NCBI GenBank assembly: GCA_027623675.1
Contig: JAQBVF010000032.1
Coordinates: 1-38,034, forward strand
Direction of reading: 5' to 3'
DNA length: 38,034 nt
From: Chloroflexota bacterium
Lineage (GTDB): Bacteria > Chloroflexota > Dehalococcoidia > Lucifugimonadales > UBA3495
The position numbers and the translations under genes were made by a program. The notes below the pieces were generated by a model that did no database searches, was not told the DNA's origin, and was given only the letters and a program-made list of their open reading frames with translations. Of this stretch, positions 36,399 through 38,034 are shown in pieces. How positions within the stretch are numbered: position 1 is the first letter of the stretch; every line of letters starts with the position of its first letter.

Positions 36399-37532
36399 TT
36401 AGGCCCGATCGTCGATGGACGTGTATTCCAGGTCCATCTCTCCGATGTACTCCGTAAGGGGCCGGAGCAGGATGTTGTCCTTGTACTGCTCCACACACTG
36501 CAGGGTCCAACCGGGGATGCGCCCCAGAGCGAAGATGGAGATGAACAGGTCGTCGGGGATGCCGAGCAGGTAATAGATCGACCCGGCGAAGAAGTCCACG
36601 TTCACGCAGATACCTTTTGCCCGGTAGGGCTGCATCGTTTCTTCTTCAAGGTGCTGCAGTATCTGGAACCATTCTGGGTGGCCGCTCTTCTCGCCAAGCA
36701 CTTTCGACCGGTCCCGCAGGTGCCTGGCCCGGGGGTCTTCCGCGCGGTAGACCCGGTGGCCGAACCCCATGATGCGTTCACCGTTATCCAGCAGGTTGCT
36801 GGCGTACTCGGCGGCGTTCTCCGGGTTGCCGATCTCCAAGGCCATCTTCATGACCTCCTCGGCGGCCCCACCGTGGGCCGGACCCTTGAGCGTCCCCACA
36901 CCGGTTGTGATTGCCGAGTGAAGGTCGGAGGCGGTGGACGCCGTCACCCTGGCGGCGAATGCCGAGGCGTTCGGACCGTGCTCTGCGTGCAGGATAAAGT
37001 CCACATCCAAGAGATCGGTGGTCTCTTGGTCGGGTAGTTCGTCAAAGAGCATATACAGGAAATTACCAGCGTGGTTAAGGTCCGGGTTGGGCGCCACCGG
37101 CTCCAGCCCTTGCCTCAGGCGGTGGTGGGCCGCGACGATGCTTGGCCCCATGGCTGTGAGCCGGATGCCCTTGCGGATGGTGGCTTCCACCGAGTTGTCG
37201 GTCACTTCCGGGTCGAATGCGCTGAGGGCCGAGATGCCGGTCCGGAGCGCGTCCATGGGGTGGCTGGCCTTTACCAGGTCCAACACTTGGATGACTTCAT
37301 TGGGGATGATTCGGTTGGCCCGTAGTTCGGCGTCAAAATCGGCCAACTCTTTCTTGTTGGGGAGCTTGCCGTAGAGGAGCAGATAGACCACTTCCTCAAA
37401 GGTCGACTTCTCGGCCAAGTCGTGGATGTTGTAGCCGCGGTAGAGCAGCTTGCCTGCTTGGCCGTCGATGAAACTGGACTCGGTCGTGTCAAAATAGACA
37501 TCCTTGAGTCCCTTAATAATCTCTGGGGGCAT
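36399..37532 (-). CDS. gltA: Citrate synthase / 2-methylcitrate synthase family
   Basis: LLYRGY, ILHAEH..NAS, LKGPAHGGA, GFGHRVY..EDPR, NVDF and GW motifs. GAAGGAAGG RBS before the ATG at 37532. Confidence 0.88.
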   Translation of the reverse strand: MPPEIIKGLKDVYFDTTESSFIDGQAGKLLYRGYNIHDLAEKSTFEEVVYLLLYGKLPNKKELADFDAELRANRIIPNEVIQVLDLVKASHPMDALRTGISALSAFDPEVTDNSVEATIRKGIRLTAMGPSIVAAHHRLRQGLEPVAPNPDLNHAGNFLYMLFDELPDQETTDLLDVDFILHAEHGPNASAFAARVTASTASDLHSAITTGVGTLKGPAHGGAAEEVMKMALEIGNPENAAEYASNLLDNGERIMGFGHRVYRAEDPRARHLRDRSKVLGEKSGHPEWFQILQHLEEETMQPYRAKGICVNVDFFAGSIYYLLGIPDDLFISIFALGRIPGWTLQCVEQYKDNILLRPLTEYIGEMDLEYTSIDDRA

Positions 37533-37944
37533 GGTCCACCTTCCTTCTGGGAATGCCCCTGGCTGGGAATGCCACGGGCTGGAAATACCACGGGCCGGAA
37601 ATGCTACAGACTGGGAACGCGATGGGCCATGCTTAAGCGGCGCCGCGTTTATGCCGTTCGGCAGGGTTGTCCAGTCTGAAATCCCGCCGATCGTAGGGCG
37701 CGAGATTACATAAATCCCATTCCTGGAATCGTGCCTGATTCTAGCATCGCCCCATAGGGGTGTCAAGATTAAATAGGCGTGGCGACCACCCGTTACGGGC
37801 GGGTGGATACAGCATTCCAGCAACGCTCCTAGAGCCGGTTAAGACGGCTAGTGAAGCACCTTGGAGTGCAGCCTAGTTGTGGGTACAATATAATTACGCT
37901 CCGCCAGGGTTAACCTGGCGGCAGCATGCCCATGGCACATATCC

Positions 37945-38031
37945 GGAGGGATGGCTGAGTGGACGAAAGCGACGGTCTTGAAAACCGTTGTGGCGGCAAC
38001 GTCACCGTGGGTTCGAATCCCACTCCCTCCG
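37945..38031 (+). tRNA. tRNA-Ser (UGA)
   Basis: GGAGGGA acceptor, anticodon arm acggt-ctTGAaa-accgt, long variable arm, TTCGA T-loop, G discriminator. CCA is not encoded. Confidence 0.96.
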
Positions 38032-38034
38032 CCC

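Noticed and set aside
37533..37823. N-terminal extension of citrate synthase in the ORF track
   Set aside because: Family-like sequence and a good RBS begin at ATG 37532. The extension looks like non-coding upstream DNA.

Overview
GC-rich bacterial chromosomal window. The gene set and surface-protein style suggest Chloroflexota, Dehalococcoidia/SAR202-like (inference only). Most of it is housekeeping: a three-gene surface-protein cluster, bioY, hrcA, polX, valS, aroE, aroC, an LLM oxidoreductase, tmk, an AAA-R3H ATPase, pdxST, an aldehyde dehydrogenase, trmI, a large beta-helix surface protein, a MidA-like methyltransferase, citrate synthase, and tRNA-Phe, -Gly and -Ser. The standout is an intact, AT-richer 3,055-bp IS1-family element (16725-19779) with perfect 18-bp terminal inverted repeats and an 8-bp target-site duplication. 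Besides the transposase, it carries a non-canonical 8/4 'allo-tRNA'-type gene with serine-like identity elements but a UAA (Leu) anticodon. It also carries a TacT/AtaT-like GNAT acetyltransferase rich in UUA/UUG codons, a convergent unannotated 50-aa candidate antitoxin, a basic KGG-type small protein and two unknown ORFs. Directly downstream is an Rdx (SelW-like) selenoprotein with an in-frame CxxU UGA that the ORF track truncates.
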